Shown piece by piece: positions 28,817 through 36,885 of a stretch of DNA of 58,123 nt. Below the pieces are notes generated by a model, which worked only from the letters and a program-made list of their open reading frames with translations, had not been told where the DNA came from and ran no database searches. Source of the stretch: Actinomycetota bacterium (lineage in GTDB: Bacteria; Actinomycetota; Actinomycetes; S36-B12); NCBI GenBank assembly GCA_046091195.1, contig JBJTBD010000065.1:1-58123 (forward strand), written 5' to 3'. Both the position numbers and the translations under genes were made by a program. Each line of letters starts with the position of its first letter. Positions within the stretch are counted from its first letter, which is position 1.

Positions 28817-29611
28817 CTACGAGGCTCCCACCATCGGCTGCGGCTGGAACCGGGCCCGGCGTGCGGCGCGGTGGAGGGCATCGAGGATCGAGCGACCTGC
28901 GATCAGAATGAGGATCGCGGCGAGCGCGGCACGGGGGATGTCGAAGCCCAAGGAGGTGGTGATCGTGAAGCGCCACCAGTGTTCGAGATTCACCACGACC
29001 CCGGCACCGGGCGCGAACGCCAGTTGCGGCGGCAGGGATGTGGCGAATGGCCAGAACCACAGGTTCATCACGAAGCCATAGGCGATGCAGGCACCCACCG
29101 CATAACCGGCGAGCAGCAGGACCTCGCGCCGTCCGGCCATCCGCGGAAGGAGGCCCGCACCCACTCCGACCCAGCCGGCCGCGATCATCTGGAACGGAAG
29201 CCACGGCCCCACACCGCCGGTGATGATCGCCGATGCCGCGAGTGACACCGTGCCGAGCACGAATCCGAAAGCGGGGCCCATGGCGCGGGCGCCGAGGATC
29301 AGGATGACCCAGATCGGCTCGATACCGGCGAGGCCGGCGCCCAATGGTCGTAGTGCGGTGATGATGGCGGCCAGAATCCCGAGCAGCGCGATCGCCTTTG
29401 CATCGATGCGCGCGTGGATGAACTCCGAGAACGTGATCGCCAGAACCAACACCATCACGAGTGCAAAGAGCCAGGGAACGATGGACGACTGCGATGCCAA
29501 CTGCGTTCCGGGTGTGATGAGAAACGGCCACAGGAACGCGAGCAGGCCAACTGCACTTGACACCACGAGGGCGACGGTCGTTGACGGGCGGAGCGCGATC
29601 GCGTGACTCAT
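28817..29611 (-). CDS. ECF transporter S (substrate-capture) component, unassigned specificity
   Basis: 264 aa, about 6-7 TM helices. The ATG overlaps the ATPase stop (ATGA). No recognisable CbrT, BioY, RibU or similar signature. Confidence 0.7.
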   Translation of the reverse strand: MSHAIALRPSTTVALVVSSAVGLLAFLWPFLITPGTQLASQSSIVPWLFALVMVLVLAITFSEFIHARIDAKAIALLGILAAIITALRPLGAGLAGIEPIWVILILGARAMGPAFGFVLGTVSLAASAIITGGVGPWLPFQMIAAGWVGVGAGLLPRMAGRREVLLLAGYAVGACIAYGFVMNLWFWPFATSLPPQLAFAPGAGVVVNLEHWWRFTITTSLGFDIPRAALAAILILIAGRSILDALHRAARRARFQPQPMVGAS

Positions 29612-31218
29612 GCGCGCCGCTCCTCAGCGAGGGCGGATTCGACGTCGGCAACCGTGAGCCAGATTCCGGGGGACATGATCTTGGTGACCTGCGGGGCGAA
29701 CATCGGTGAGGACGTCACCACCTCGGATGTCGGTCCGTGGGCGACCACCTCGCCGTCGGCGAGGATCAGCACGGTGTCGGCGACCTCGGCCACCAATTCG
29801 ACATCGTGAGTGGCGATCACGACGGCATGACCCTGCGATGCGAGATCTCGGAGGTGCTCGGCGAGGCGAGACTTCGTGGGGTAGTCGAGGCCCCGCGTCG
29901 GTTCGTCGAGTACGACGAGCGGTGGTCGCGACGCGAGGATGATCGCCAGAACCAGCGATACCTGTTGCCCGGCGGACAGGTCACGTGGGTGGGTGTCATC
30001 ACGGACATCCGGTGCGAGGAGTGCGAGGAGGGCGCGCGTCGTGCCCGCGAGGACCCGCGCATCGCGATCGGAGAGCCTGCACTCGTCTGCAACGGTGGCG
30101 CACTCGAGGAGATCGGTCGGGTTCTGGGGGACGAGTCCCACATGGCGTACGAGCTCGGGACCCTCGAGTCGCGAGGGATCGACCCCATCGACCTGCACGT
30201 GCCCGGTGGTCGGCGTGATCATGCCCGCGAGCAGGGAAAGCAGGGTGGACTTGCCGGCACCGTTGCGTCCCATCACGGCGAGCACCTGCCCACCGCGCAC
30301 CTCGATGTCCACACCGCGCAGTGCGGGGGTGCGGCCATAGGCGGCATCGACGCTGTCAATGGTTGCTCGTCGCACGCCGACGGGAGGGTGTGGCCGCTGC
30401 GAGGAGCGTCCTACGAGGATCCTGCGGAGTGGTTCGGCTTCACGTCGTGCATCGCGAATCGTGAGGGGGAGGGGGTTCCAGCCCGCAAGCCTGCCGAGTT
30501 CGACGACGGGCGGCGCGATGGGAGCGTCGGTCATCATTGCCTGCGGGATTCCCTCGCGCACACCACCCGGTTCGAGGACCAGGACGCGATCGACGTATTG
30601 CACGACCCGTTCAAGTCGGTGTTCCGCGATCACGGCGGTGACTCCGAGATCGTGGACGATGCGCTGGAGCGAGGCGAGAACCTCCTCTGCTGCTCCCGGG
30701 TCCAGTGCGGATGTCGGTTCGTCGAGTATCAGGACTCTCGGATGCGATGCCATCGCTGCACCGATCGCCACGCGCTGGCGTTGACCCCCGCTCAGGGCGA
30801 CCAGGGGCCTCGCCCTCACTTCGTCGAGTCCGAGCAGATCGAGGGTTTCCTCGACACGTCGACGCATCGTCGTGGGAGCGACGCCGAGACTCTCCATCGC
30901 GTAGGCAAGCTCCTCCTCGACGGTGTCCGTGACGAAGCCGCTCATTGGATCCTGCGGCACGTAGCCGACGACATCGGCGAGTTCCCGCGGGGGAGTGATG
31001 CGTATCGAGCGGCCGTGGACACGCACATCGCCGAGAAATTCACCGCCGGTGAAGTGTGGAACGAGCCCGTTGATGGCCCGCAGCAGGGTGGACTTGCCGC
31101 TTCCCGTTGTTCCTACGACAAGCGTGAACTCACCCTCCGGGATGCGCAGGCATACATCGCGCAGGATCCAGGGGGTGCCGGCGTCGTACCGGAAGGAGAC
31201 GTCATCGAACTCGATCAC
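29608..31218 (-). CDS. ECF transporter fused double ATPase (EcfA1-EcfA2)
   Basis: Two ABC cassettes: GTTGSGKST/LSGGQRQRV/LILDEPT/EHR and GRNGAGKST/LSAGQQVSL/VVLDEPT/THD. GTG start VIEFDDVSFRY (cac 31216-31218) overlaps the EcfT stop (GTGA). The track ORF running to 31407 is an over-extension. Confidence 0.85.
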   Translation of the reverse strand: MIEFDDVSFRYDAGTPWILRDVCLRIPEGEFTLVVGTTGSGKSTLLRAINGLVPHFTGGEFLGDVRVHGRSIRITPPRELADVVGYVPQDPMSGFVTDTVEEELAYAMESLGVAPTTMRRRVEETLDLLGLDEVRARPLVALSGGQRQRVAIGAAMASHPRVLILDEPTSALDPGAAEEVLASLQRIVHDLGVTAVIAEHRLERVVQYVDRVLVLEPGGVREGIPQAMMTDAPIAPPVVELGRLAGWNPLPLTIRDARREAEPLRRILVGRSSQRPHPPVGVRRATIDSVDAAYGRTPALRGVDIEVRGGQVLAVMGRNGAGKSTLLSLLAGMITPTTGHVQVDGVDPSRLEGPELVRHVGLVPQNPTDLLECATVADECRLSDRDARVLAGTTRALLALLAPDVRDDTHPRDLSAGQQVSLVLAIILASRPPLVVLDEPTRGLDYPTKSRLAEHLRDLASQGHAVVIATHDVELVAEVADTVLILADGEVVAHGPTSEVVTSSPMFAPQVTKIMSPGIWLTVADVESALAEERRA

Positions 31219-32327
31219 GGCGTCTCCTCGGGTCGTGAAGTGCTGAGGTAGCCCGCACATCCAGCGCTCACCAGCGCAAGAAGTGCGCCGATCGGGAGCG
31301 ACGGCCAGGTCGGAGGGTCCGTGGGCGGGTTCATGGCGAGGGGGCTCAGGGTTGTGGTGAGGACGCTGATCACCAGTGTCAGGGCTCCCGAGGCGACGAC
31401 GAGCCACTCCGATCGACCCCAGGGATCAGGCCGATACACCGTGCGATTGCGGTGCCGGGATGCGAGCACGAGCGCACCTGCGGCCGCGACGAGTGCCCCA
31501 GCGGCGAGACTCCAGGAGAGCACTGCGGGTACCTGTGCGGCCATGAGGCCAAAGAGCCCGATCGCACCCGCGATCACTGCGACTCCGATGAGCGCCACGA
31601 CGAAGCGACGTTCACGTGCGTGCGCCGTTCCCATGCGCCCGTATCCGCGGGCATCCATGGCGGCCGCGAGTTCGATCGACTGGTCGAGGGCGCTGTGCAG
31701 CACGGGGAGTGCCGCGCCTGCGAATGCGCGTGGTCCTCGAGTCGCGCGTCCGCGGAGACGCCGGGAAGTCCGTACACGTTCGATGTCGTGAACCAACTGC
31801 GGCGCGAACGTGAGGGCGATGACGATGCTGACACCGAATTCGTAGAGCGCACTGGGAAGAGACTTCAGGAGTCGACGCGGTGAGGCAAGGGCATTCGCCG
31901 CGCCGATGCACAGGATGATCGCGGCGAGCCGAAGTCCGTCGTAGAAGCCGGCGAGGATCACTTCGAGCACGACCGGACCACCGAGCCGAAGTCCTGCGGC
32001 CCACACAGGCAGTGTGATGCTCGGCAGGGTTGCGATCACCGTGTCGCCCCAGGCGCCACCCAGGAGCATCTGCGCGAGGACGCGGATCACCACGATCACC
32101 GCGGCGATGCGCAGGAAGAACGTGAACGTGTGTCCCCCGGGGCGTTCGCGCCGGTGGACCACGAGTGCGAGGACGCAGATCAACAGGATGAGGAACAGCG
32201 GGTTCGTGGTGCGGCTCGCGGTTACGGCGAGGAGGAGACTCCACAGCCACCATGCACCCGGGTGCGTCCAGCGCCCGAGACGTGCGGTGCCGACGATCGT
32301 GTCGGGTGCGATGGCGGTGGCGGTCAT
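31215..32327 (-). CDS. ecfT: energy-coupling factor transporter transmembrane component EcfT (CbiQ family)
   Basis: 370 aa multi-TM protein with cytoplasmic coupling-helix Arg motifs (RVRTSRRLRG, AAAMDARGYG). The ATG overlaps the upstream gene stop (ATGA). Confidence 0.8.
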   Translation of the reverse strand: MTATAIAPDTIVGTARLGRWTHPGAWWLWSLLLAVTASRTTNPLFLILLICVLALVVHRRERPGGHTFTFFLRIAAVIVVIRVLAQMLLGGAWGDTVIATLPSITLPVWAAGLRLGGPVVLEVILAGFYDGLRLAAIILCIGAANALASPRRLLKSLPSALYEFGVSIVIALTFAPQLVHDIERVRTSRRLRGRATRGPRAFAGAALPVLHSALDQSIELAAAMDARGYGRMGTAHARERRFVVALIGVAVIAGAIGLFGLMAAQVPAVLSWSLAAGALVAAAGALVLASRHRNRTVYRPDPWGRSEWLVVASGALTLVISVLTTTLSPLAMNPPTDPPTWPSLPIGALLALVSAGCAGYLSTSRPEETP

Positions 32328-32956
32328 CGTCGCCGCCAGACGTCAAGGCCGACGATCGCGGCGACCGCGAGCACGCCGAGGGTCCACCACGGTGTTCCGG
32401 ACGACTCCTCCGATGGAGCCTGGGCGACATCCGACGCCACGGGTGCGGGTTCCGGGGCGTCGATGATCGGCGCGCATTCCTCCCGCGGGAATCCATCGAT
32501 GCCGCAGAGGAAGCCGCCGTCGGCACGGACATCCGCGACAGCGGACAGGCTCTGGAACCCGTTGGCACCGGCGTCGACCACGGCGCATTCAGTCCTCGGT
32601 GCCGGTGGCGTCTCACCCGCGGGCGCGATGTCGGCCGTGCCGAAGTCGAGTACCACGGCGACGGCCTTCTGACCCTGGTTCGATGCGACGGTGCCACAGG
32701 CCTGCTGCCAGACCCGGCGTGGATCCAGGGTCGGTGGCCCACCTGCATCGGTCATGCCTTCCGACACCACGAAGGTCCACCCCTCGACATCCCCGTCCTG
32801 AGGGATCGTGGTTCCCGCTCCCTGGGCCGCGTACGACCAGGCACCGTCCGAGCCGTTCCAATACGACCAGTAGCGCGTCAGGCCCTCGGCGTGTGCGGTG
32901 GGTGCGCCGATGAAAGCCGCTGTCACGGCACAACCCACCAGCACACGACGGATCAC
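32324..32956 (-). CDS. secreted, C-terminally membrane-anchored protein (SCO2322-family-like)
   Basis: GTG start (cac 32954-32956) overlaps the upstream stop (GTGA). Signal peptide VIRRVLVGCAVTAAFIGAPTAHA, a Cys-containing domain (RYWSYWNGSDGAWSYAAQGAGTTIPQDGDVEGWTF...), a Pro/Glu/Ser linker, and a C-terminal TM segment plus RRR stop-transfer (WWTLGVLAVAAIVGLDVWRRR). Confidence 0.6.
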   Translation of the reverse strand: MIRRVLVGCAVTAAFIGAPTAHAEGLTRYWSYWNGSDGAWSYAAQGAGTTIPQDGDVEGWTFVVSEGMTDAGGPPTLDPRRVWQQACGTVASNQGQKAVAVVLDFGTADIAPAGETPPAPRTECAVVDAGANGFQSLSAVADVRADGGFLCGIDGFPREECAPIIDAPEPAPVASDVAQAPSEESSGTPWWTLGVLAVAAIVGLDVWRRR

Positions 32957-33972
32957 CGCATCGACCCCGTCAGCGCTGACGCGAGATTGACGCCACCGAA
33001 ATTGCGCGGCGATGTTCCCGTTGCTTCCGCCACCATGAGGAGGAGGCCGATCGCACCGGGATTGGCCACGCCACCCTTCAGCGCATAGTCGCGCGCTGCC
33101 GAAGTCAGTGTGCGCGTACCGGTTCGCACAGCGGCGCGGCCGACGCCGAGCTCGCTGAGTCCGATCACGGCGCGGGCGGTGGAGCCGAGGTCCTGACCGG
33201 TTCCGAGGTCGGATGTGAGCGAGCCTTTCGCGGTGATCTGCGACGCGAGATACCTCGCCAGGCGCGTGGGCATGCCCTTCCCGCACGGCGGATTCCGCGT
33301 CAGAGTCCCGGCCCGATCAATGGGAAGACTCGCCGCGACGCCGGCGATCGTCTCGGATGACGCGAGGGAATTCGCTGCGCCACCCGCCTGGTACGGGAGG
33401 GCTCCTGCCGATGCGCTCCCGCAGGGGAACTGCAGGGAGGCAAGGAAACGGACCGCATTGGGGACACGCGCACTGCGATCCTGCGGACTCACGGTGCGGA
33501 GTGCCGCGATCGCGAGGGCGGTGGAGTTGGCATCGGACTCGCCACCGGCGTAGTACGGCCAGCCCCAGTCGTCGTTCTGCGCATTGTTGAGCCACACGAC
33601 CGCCTTACGTGCCGCCGACTGCTCTCCGACGAGGGCGAGTGCTGTGGCTGCGGCGGCCGTGGAATTGACGTCCGGTCCGCTGAATGCGGTGGGATTCGAC
33701 GCGGTGCACGGCACCGTGGTGTTCGTGCGGTACGCCTCGAAGCTGCCGTCGGCACATTGCTGTCCCAGGAGCCAGGTGATCGCAGAAGGCGCGGGCGGAA
33801 GATCCACCGATGTCAGTCCCATGATGGCCAGGGACTGACGGAGGACGCCGTCGTAGACGGGGTCCGTTGATCCGTACAAGCCGCGATCCGCCGCATGGGC
33901 TGGTGCAGCGATGGTGATGGCTACGGCGGATGCCACACAGAGTGACAGTGCGCTGCGCAGAATGCGTGTCAT
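32953..33972 (-). CDS. secreted prenyltransferase/squalene-oxidase repeat (alpha/alpha-toroid) protein
   Basis: 339 aa. Signal peptide MTRILRSALSLCVASAVAITIAAPAHA. Repeated QW-like motifs (LLGQQCADGSFEA, LNNAQNDDWGWPYY, LASLQFPCGSASAGALPY). GAGAGGAA Shine-Dalgarno sequence upstream. First gene after the riboswitch. Confidence 0.75.
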   Translation of the reverse strand: MTRILRSALSLCVASAVAITIAAPAHAADRGLYGSTDPVYDGVLRQSLAIMGLTSVDLPPAPSAITWLLGQQCADGSFEAYRTNTTVPCTASNPTAFSGPDVNSTAAAATALALVGEQSAARKAVVWLNNAQNDDWGWPYYAGGESDANSTALAIAALRTVSPQDRSARVPNAVRFLASLQFPCGSASAGALPYQAGGAANSLASSETIAGVAASLPIDRAGTLTRNPPCGKGMPTRLARYLASQITAKGSLTSDLGTGQDLGSTARAVIGLSELGVGRAAVRTGTRTLTSAARDYALKGGVANPGAIGLLLMVAEATGTSPRNFGGVNLASALTGSMR

Positions 33973-34016
33973 GTGTTCCTCTCACTAAGCGGTCGGACAC
34001 GCTCTCGAGAGGGCCG

Positions 34017-34045
34017 AAAAAAGAGTCCCTTCCAATGGAAGGGAC
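34017..34045 (-). terminator. intrinsic terminator of the riboswitch expression platform
   Basis: GUCCCUUCC-AUU-GGAAGGGAC followed by UCUUUUUU. An upstream GGGACG (34070-34065) can pair with CGUCCC (34046-34041) as an antiterminator. Confidence 0.75.
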
Positions 34046-34190
34046 GTTCGGTTGCCCGAGCGCTCGTCCCGTTACCTCGACGGATGGAGCCGCTCGTACC
34101 TGCCAGGTGCTCCGACTCGCCGAAAGGCACACGGTTGCGGGACAGCGCCGGAATCTCACCGGACTTCCCCTGGACTTCAGGTACGTGGAT
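34017..34190 (-). promoter_or_regulatory. cobalamin (B12) riboswitch: aptamer 34095-34185 plus antiterminator/terminator expression platform
   Basis: Minus-strand RNA: P1 CGUACCUG...CAGGUACG. Core GGGGAAGUCCGGUGAGAUUCCGGCGCUGUCCCGCAACCGUG. B12-box-like GAGUCGGAGCACCUGGC. Followed by the terminator listed as its own feature. Confidence 0.85.
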
Positions 34191-34224
34191 GTAGTTGTGT
34201 TCGGACCCTACTGCATCGTGGGCG

Positions 34225-34434
34225 TCATTCGGGCGGATGCAGACTCATCGGTCCGTAGACCTCACGTCCATCCTCCAGAAGGGACACCTGATCGACGCCC
34301 TCGCCCAGGAGATCGCGCCAAAATTCGCCGATCCACGACTCGGCATCTGCTTGGGAGGGGAAGGAGCCTCCAGGGTTGAGGGTCACGTTCACCGGCGTGT
34401 CGTCGAAGCGCAGGTACGACCAGGTCCAGGACAT
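34225..34434 (-). CDS. small hypothetical protein
   Basis: 69 aa (MSWTWSYLRFDDTPVNVTLNPGGSFPSQADAESWIGEFWRDLLGEGVDQVSLLEDGREVYGPMSLHPPE). GC3-rich. Begins 7 nt after the AKR stop. No family recognised. Confidence 0.5.
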   Translation of the reverse strand: MSWTWSYLRFDDTPVNVTLNPGGSFPSQADAESWIGEFWRDLLGEGVDQVSLLEDGREVYGPMSLHPPE

Positions 34435-34441
34435 GTCGCGC

Positions 34442-35440
34442 CTAGGGCCGGGTCGCTGGTGACGCAGTGCGCGTCGGGTCGGTGGTGATCAAGTCGCCCA
34501 GGATGTAGTCGATGGCACTGCGCACATCCTCGGGAAGAGTGATGCCCGACGCGGCCGCGTTCTCGGCGATCTGCTCGGGCCGAGACGCGCCCACGATCGC
34601 CGATGCGACATTGGAATTGCCCAGGACCCAGGCGATCGCCATCTGGGCCGGGGTCAGGCGCATGTCCGCGGCGATCGGGATGAGCTTCTGAACCGCATGA
34701 AGGATGTCGTCGTCCATGAATCGCTGGATGTAGGTCTGTCCTTCCCCGACCGACGCGCGGGAGTCACTCGGGGGTGGGGATCCGGGTACGTACTTACCGG
34801 TCAAAACCCCTTGGGCGATCGGAGACCACACGATCTGGCTGACCCCGAGTTCCTCGCACGTCGGGACAACCTCTCCTTCGATGACCCGCCACAGCATTGA
34901 GTACTGCGGTTGATTGCTGATGATTCTGGTGAGGCCCATCTCATCCGCGATGCGGATGGCTTCGCGGATTTCCTCGGCGCGCCATTCCGAGACGCCGATG
35001 TAGAGCACCTTCCCCTGGCGGACGAGATCGTCGAAGGCGCGCAGTGTCTCTTCAAGCGGAGTCTCATAATCGAAGCGGTGGGCTTGGTAGACGTCGATGT
35101 AGTCGGTGCGGAGACGCCGTAGCGACGCATGGCACGCCTCCATGATGTGCTTTCGGGACAGGCCCCGGTCGTTTACCCCTGGACCGACCGGCCAGTAGAT
35201 CTTGGTCAGGATCTCCAAGCCCTCGCGACGTTGACCATGGAGTGCATCGCCCATGAGTGCCTCAGCCTTGGTGGCGGCATAGACGTCAGCGGTGTCGAAG
35301 GTGGTGATACCCGCGTCGAGTGCTGCATGGATGGTTGCGGTTGCAGCGGCATCGTCGACCTGCGAGCCATGGGTAATCCAGTTGCCGAACGTGATCTCGC
35401 TGACCTTGAGGCCGCTGCGTCCGAGGTATCGGAACTCCAT
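34442..35440 (-). CDS. aldo/keto reductase
   Basis: MEFRYLGRSGLKVSEITFGNW, FDTADVYA, ILTKIYW and ISNQPQYSML. 332 aa. Confidence 0.9.
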   Translation of the reverse strand: MEFRYLGRSGLKVSEITFGNWITHGSQVDDAAATATIHAALDAGITTFDTADVYAATKAEALMGDALHGQRREGLEILTKIYWPVGPGVNDRGLSRKHIMEACHASLRRLRTDYIDVYQAHRFDYETPLEETLRAFDDLVRQGKVLYIGVSEWRAEEIREAIRIADEMGLTRIISNQPQYSMLWRVIEGEVVPTCEELGVSQIVWSPIAQGVLTGKYVPGSPPPSDSRASVGEGQTYIQRFMDDDILHAVQKLIPIAADMRLTPAQMAIAWVLGNSNVASAIVGASRPEQIAENAAASGITLPEDVRSAIDYILGDLITTDPTRTASPATRP

Positions 35441-36030
35441 CAGGACTTTGACTCCACCGGTGCGCCGCCGCGCTTGACGCGCGGGGGAGGCAGACGTAGC
35501 CGGCGGAATTGCAGGGTGCGGAGGAGTGCATAGAGGAGCAAACCCTTGCGTTCGACGGGGTCGGGGAACTGCTTCGCCGCCCGCGACCTCAGTGTGAGGA
35601 GCAGGATCGCAGTGTCGACGACGATGACGGCTACAAGGACGAAGAAGCCGAGTGACACCATCGACTGGATCTGGGGATTGGGGACGAATCCCAGAACGAG
35701 GACCGCGATGGCGATGAAGATGAAGAACTCGGCGACTGTGAAGCGCGAGTCGACGAAGTTGCGGGTGAATTGCTTCGCCGGGCCGCGGTCGCGTAGGGGC
35801 ATGAATCGCTCGTCACCGGCCAACATGCCTTGGCGGGCGCGTACTCGATCCTGCCTGTCGCGCTCGCGCGCTGCCTTCTTGCCTTCCTTCGTCCCACGCG
35901 GTGTGCGAAGCCCCTGCTTGCGGGCAGCCTCGGCCTCCTTGCGACTTGGAGTGGGTCGGCCTTTGGGGGCACGCGGATCCTCGGAGGGGGTTTCCGTCGG
36001 GGATTCCTCGGGTGAGCGGCGGCCGAACAT
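35440..36030 (-). CDS. DUF3043 domain-containing membrane protein
   Basis: Basic N-terminal region (KGRPTPSRKEAEAARK...), RDRGPAKQFTRNFVDSR, then two TM helices. Typical actinobacterial DUF3043 layout. Confidence 0.8.
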   Translation of the reverse strand: MFGRRSPEESPTETPSEDPRAPKGRPTPSRKEAEAARKQGLRTPRGTKEGKKAARERDRQDRVRARQGMLAGDERFMPLRDRGPAKQFTRNFVDSRFTVAEFFIFIAIAVLVLGFVPNPQIQSMVSLGFFVLVAVIVVDTAILLLTLRSRAAKQFPDPVERKGLLLYALLRTLQFRRLRLPPPRVKRGGAPVESKS

Positions 36031-36122
36031 GACCGGCAGCGTATCTCGGAGCGCGTGAGCGCTGCCTCCCGTACAGTGGAAGCGAAGCCCGCAGGGGGCA
36101 TGCAGAAACGAGAGATAGAGGA

Positions 36123-36857
36123 GTGGCCATGGGCCTCTGGCAGCGCTTCACGATGATCTTCAAGTCCAAGGCGAATCGCGCCCTTGATCGGGCGGAGGAT
36201 CCGCGGGAGACCCTCGACTACTCCTACGAGAAGCAGTTGGAGCTTCTCCAGAAGGTGCGCCGCGGAGTGGCCGACGTTGCCACCAGTCGCAAGCGCCTGG
36301 AACTCCAGATCCAGGGTCTAGGCCAGCAGGAGGCGAAGCTCGAGCAGCAGGCACGTGCCGCTCTCGGCCAGGGACGCGAGGACCTCGCGCGCGAAGCACT
36401 CACCCGGCGCAGTGGCCTCCACCAGCAGGTCGCCGATCTCCAGGCGCAGTTGGCTCAACTCGCCGAGCAGGAGGAGAAGCTCACGGTTGCGGCTCAGCAA
36501 TTGCAGACCAAGGTCGAGCAGTTCCGCACGCGCAAGGAAACCATCAAGGCCACCTACTCCGCCGCTGAGGCACAGACCAAGATCAACGAAGCGTTCACCG
36601 GGATCTCGAGTGAACTCGGCGATGTCGGCCTGGCGATCCAGCGTGCTGAAGACAAAACCGCGCAGATGCAGGCCCGGGCGGGGGCTATCGACGAGCTCAT
36701 GGCCTCGGGTGCTCTCGAAGATGTGTCCGGGATGGGCAAGGACTCCCTCACCATTGAACTGGAGCGGATGGCGAGCGAATCCGAGGTTGAAAACCAGTTG
36801 GCCGCGCTGAAGCGCGAAGTCGGTCCCGGCTCGTCGCCCCAGGAACTCGAGAAGTAG
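36123..36857 (+). CDS. pspA: PspA/IM30 family protein
   Basis: MGLWQRFTMIFKSKANRALDRAEDPRETLDYSYEKQLELLQKVRR followed by long coiled-coil heptads. 244 aa. Confidence 0.85.
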   Translation: MAMGLWQRFTMIFKSKANRALDRAEDPRETLDYSYEKQLELLQKVRRGVADVATSRKRLELQIQGLGQQEAKLEQQARAALGQGREDLAREALTRRSGLHQQVADLQAQLAQLAEQEEKLTVAAQQLQTKVEQFRTRKETIKATYSAAEAQTKINEAFTGISSELGDVGLAIQRAEDKTAQMQARAGAIDELMASGALEDVSGMGKDSLTIELERMASESEVENQLAALKREVGPGSSPQELEK

Positions 36858-36885
36858 TAGCTGCGCGCGTTCTGCGGGAGGGGTA

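Noticed and set aside
31612-32748. 378-aa Arg-rich minus-strand ORF overlapping EcfT and the SCO2322-like gene in another frame
   Set aside because: It has no motifs and an extreme Arg/Pro/His composition. The alternative frames give coherent membrane and secreted proteins with coupled start/stop overlaps.
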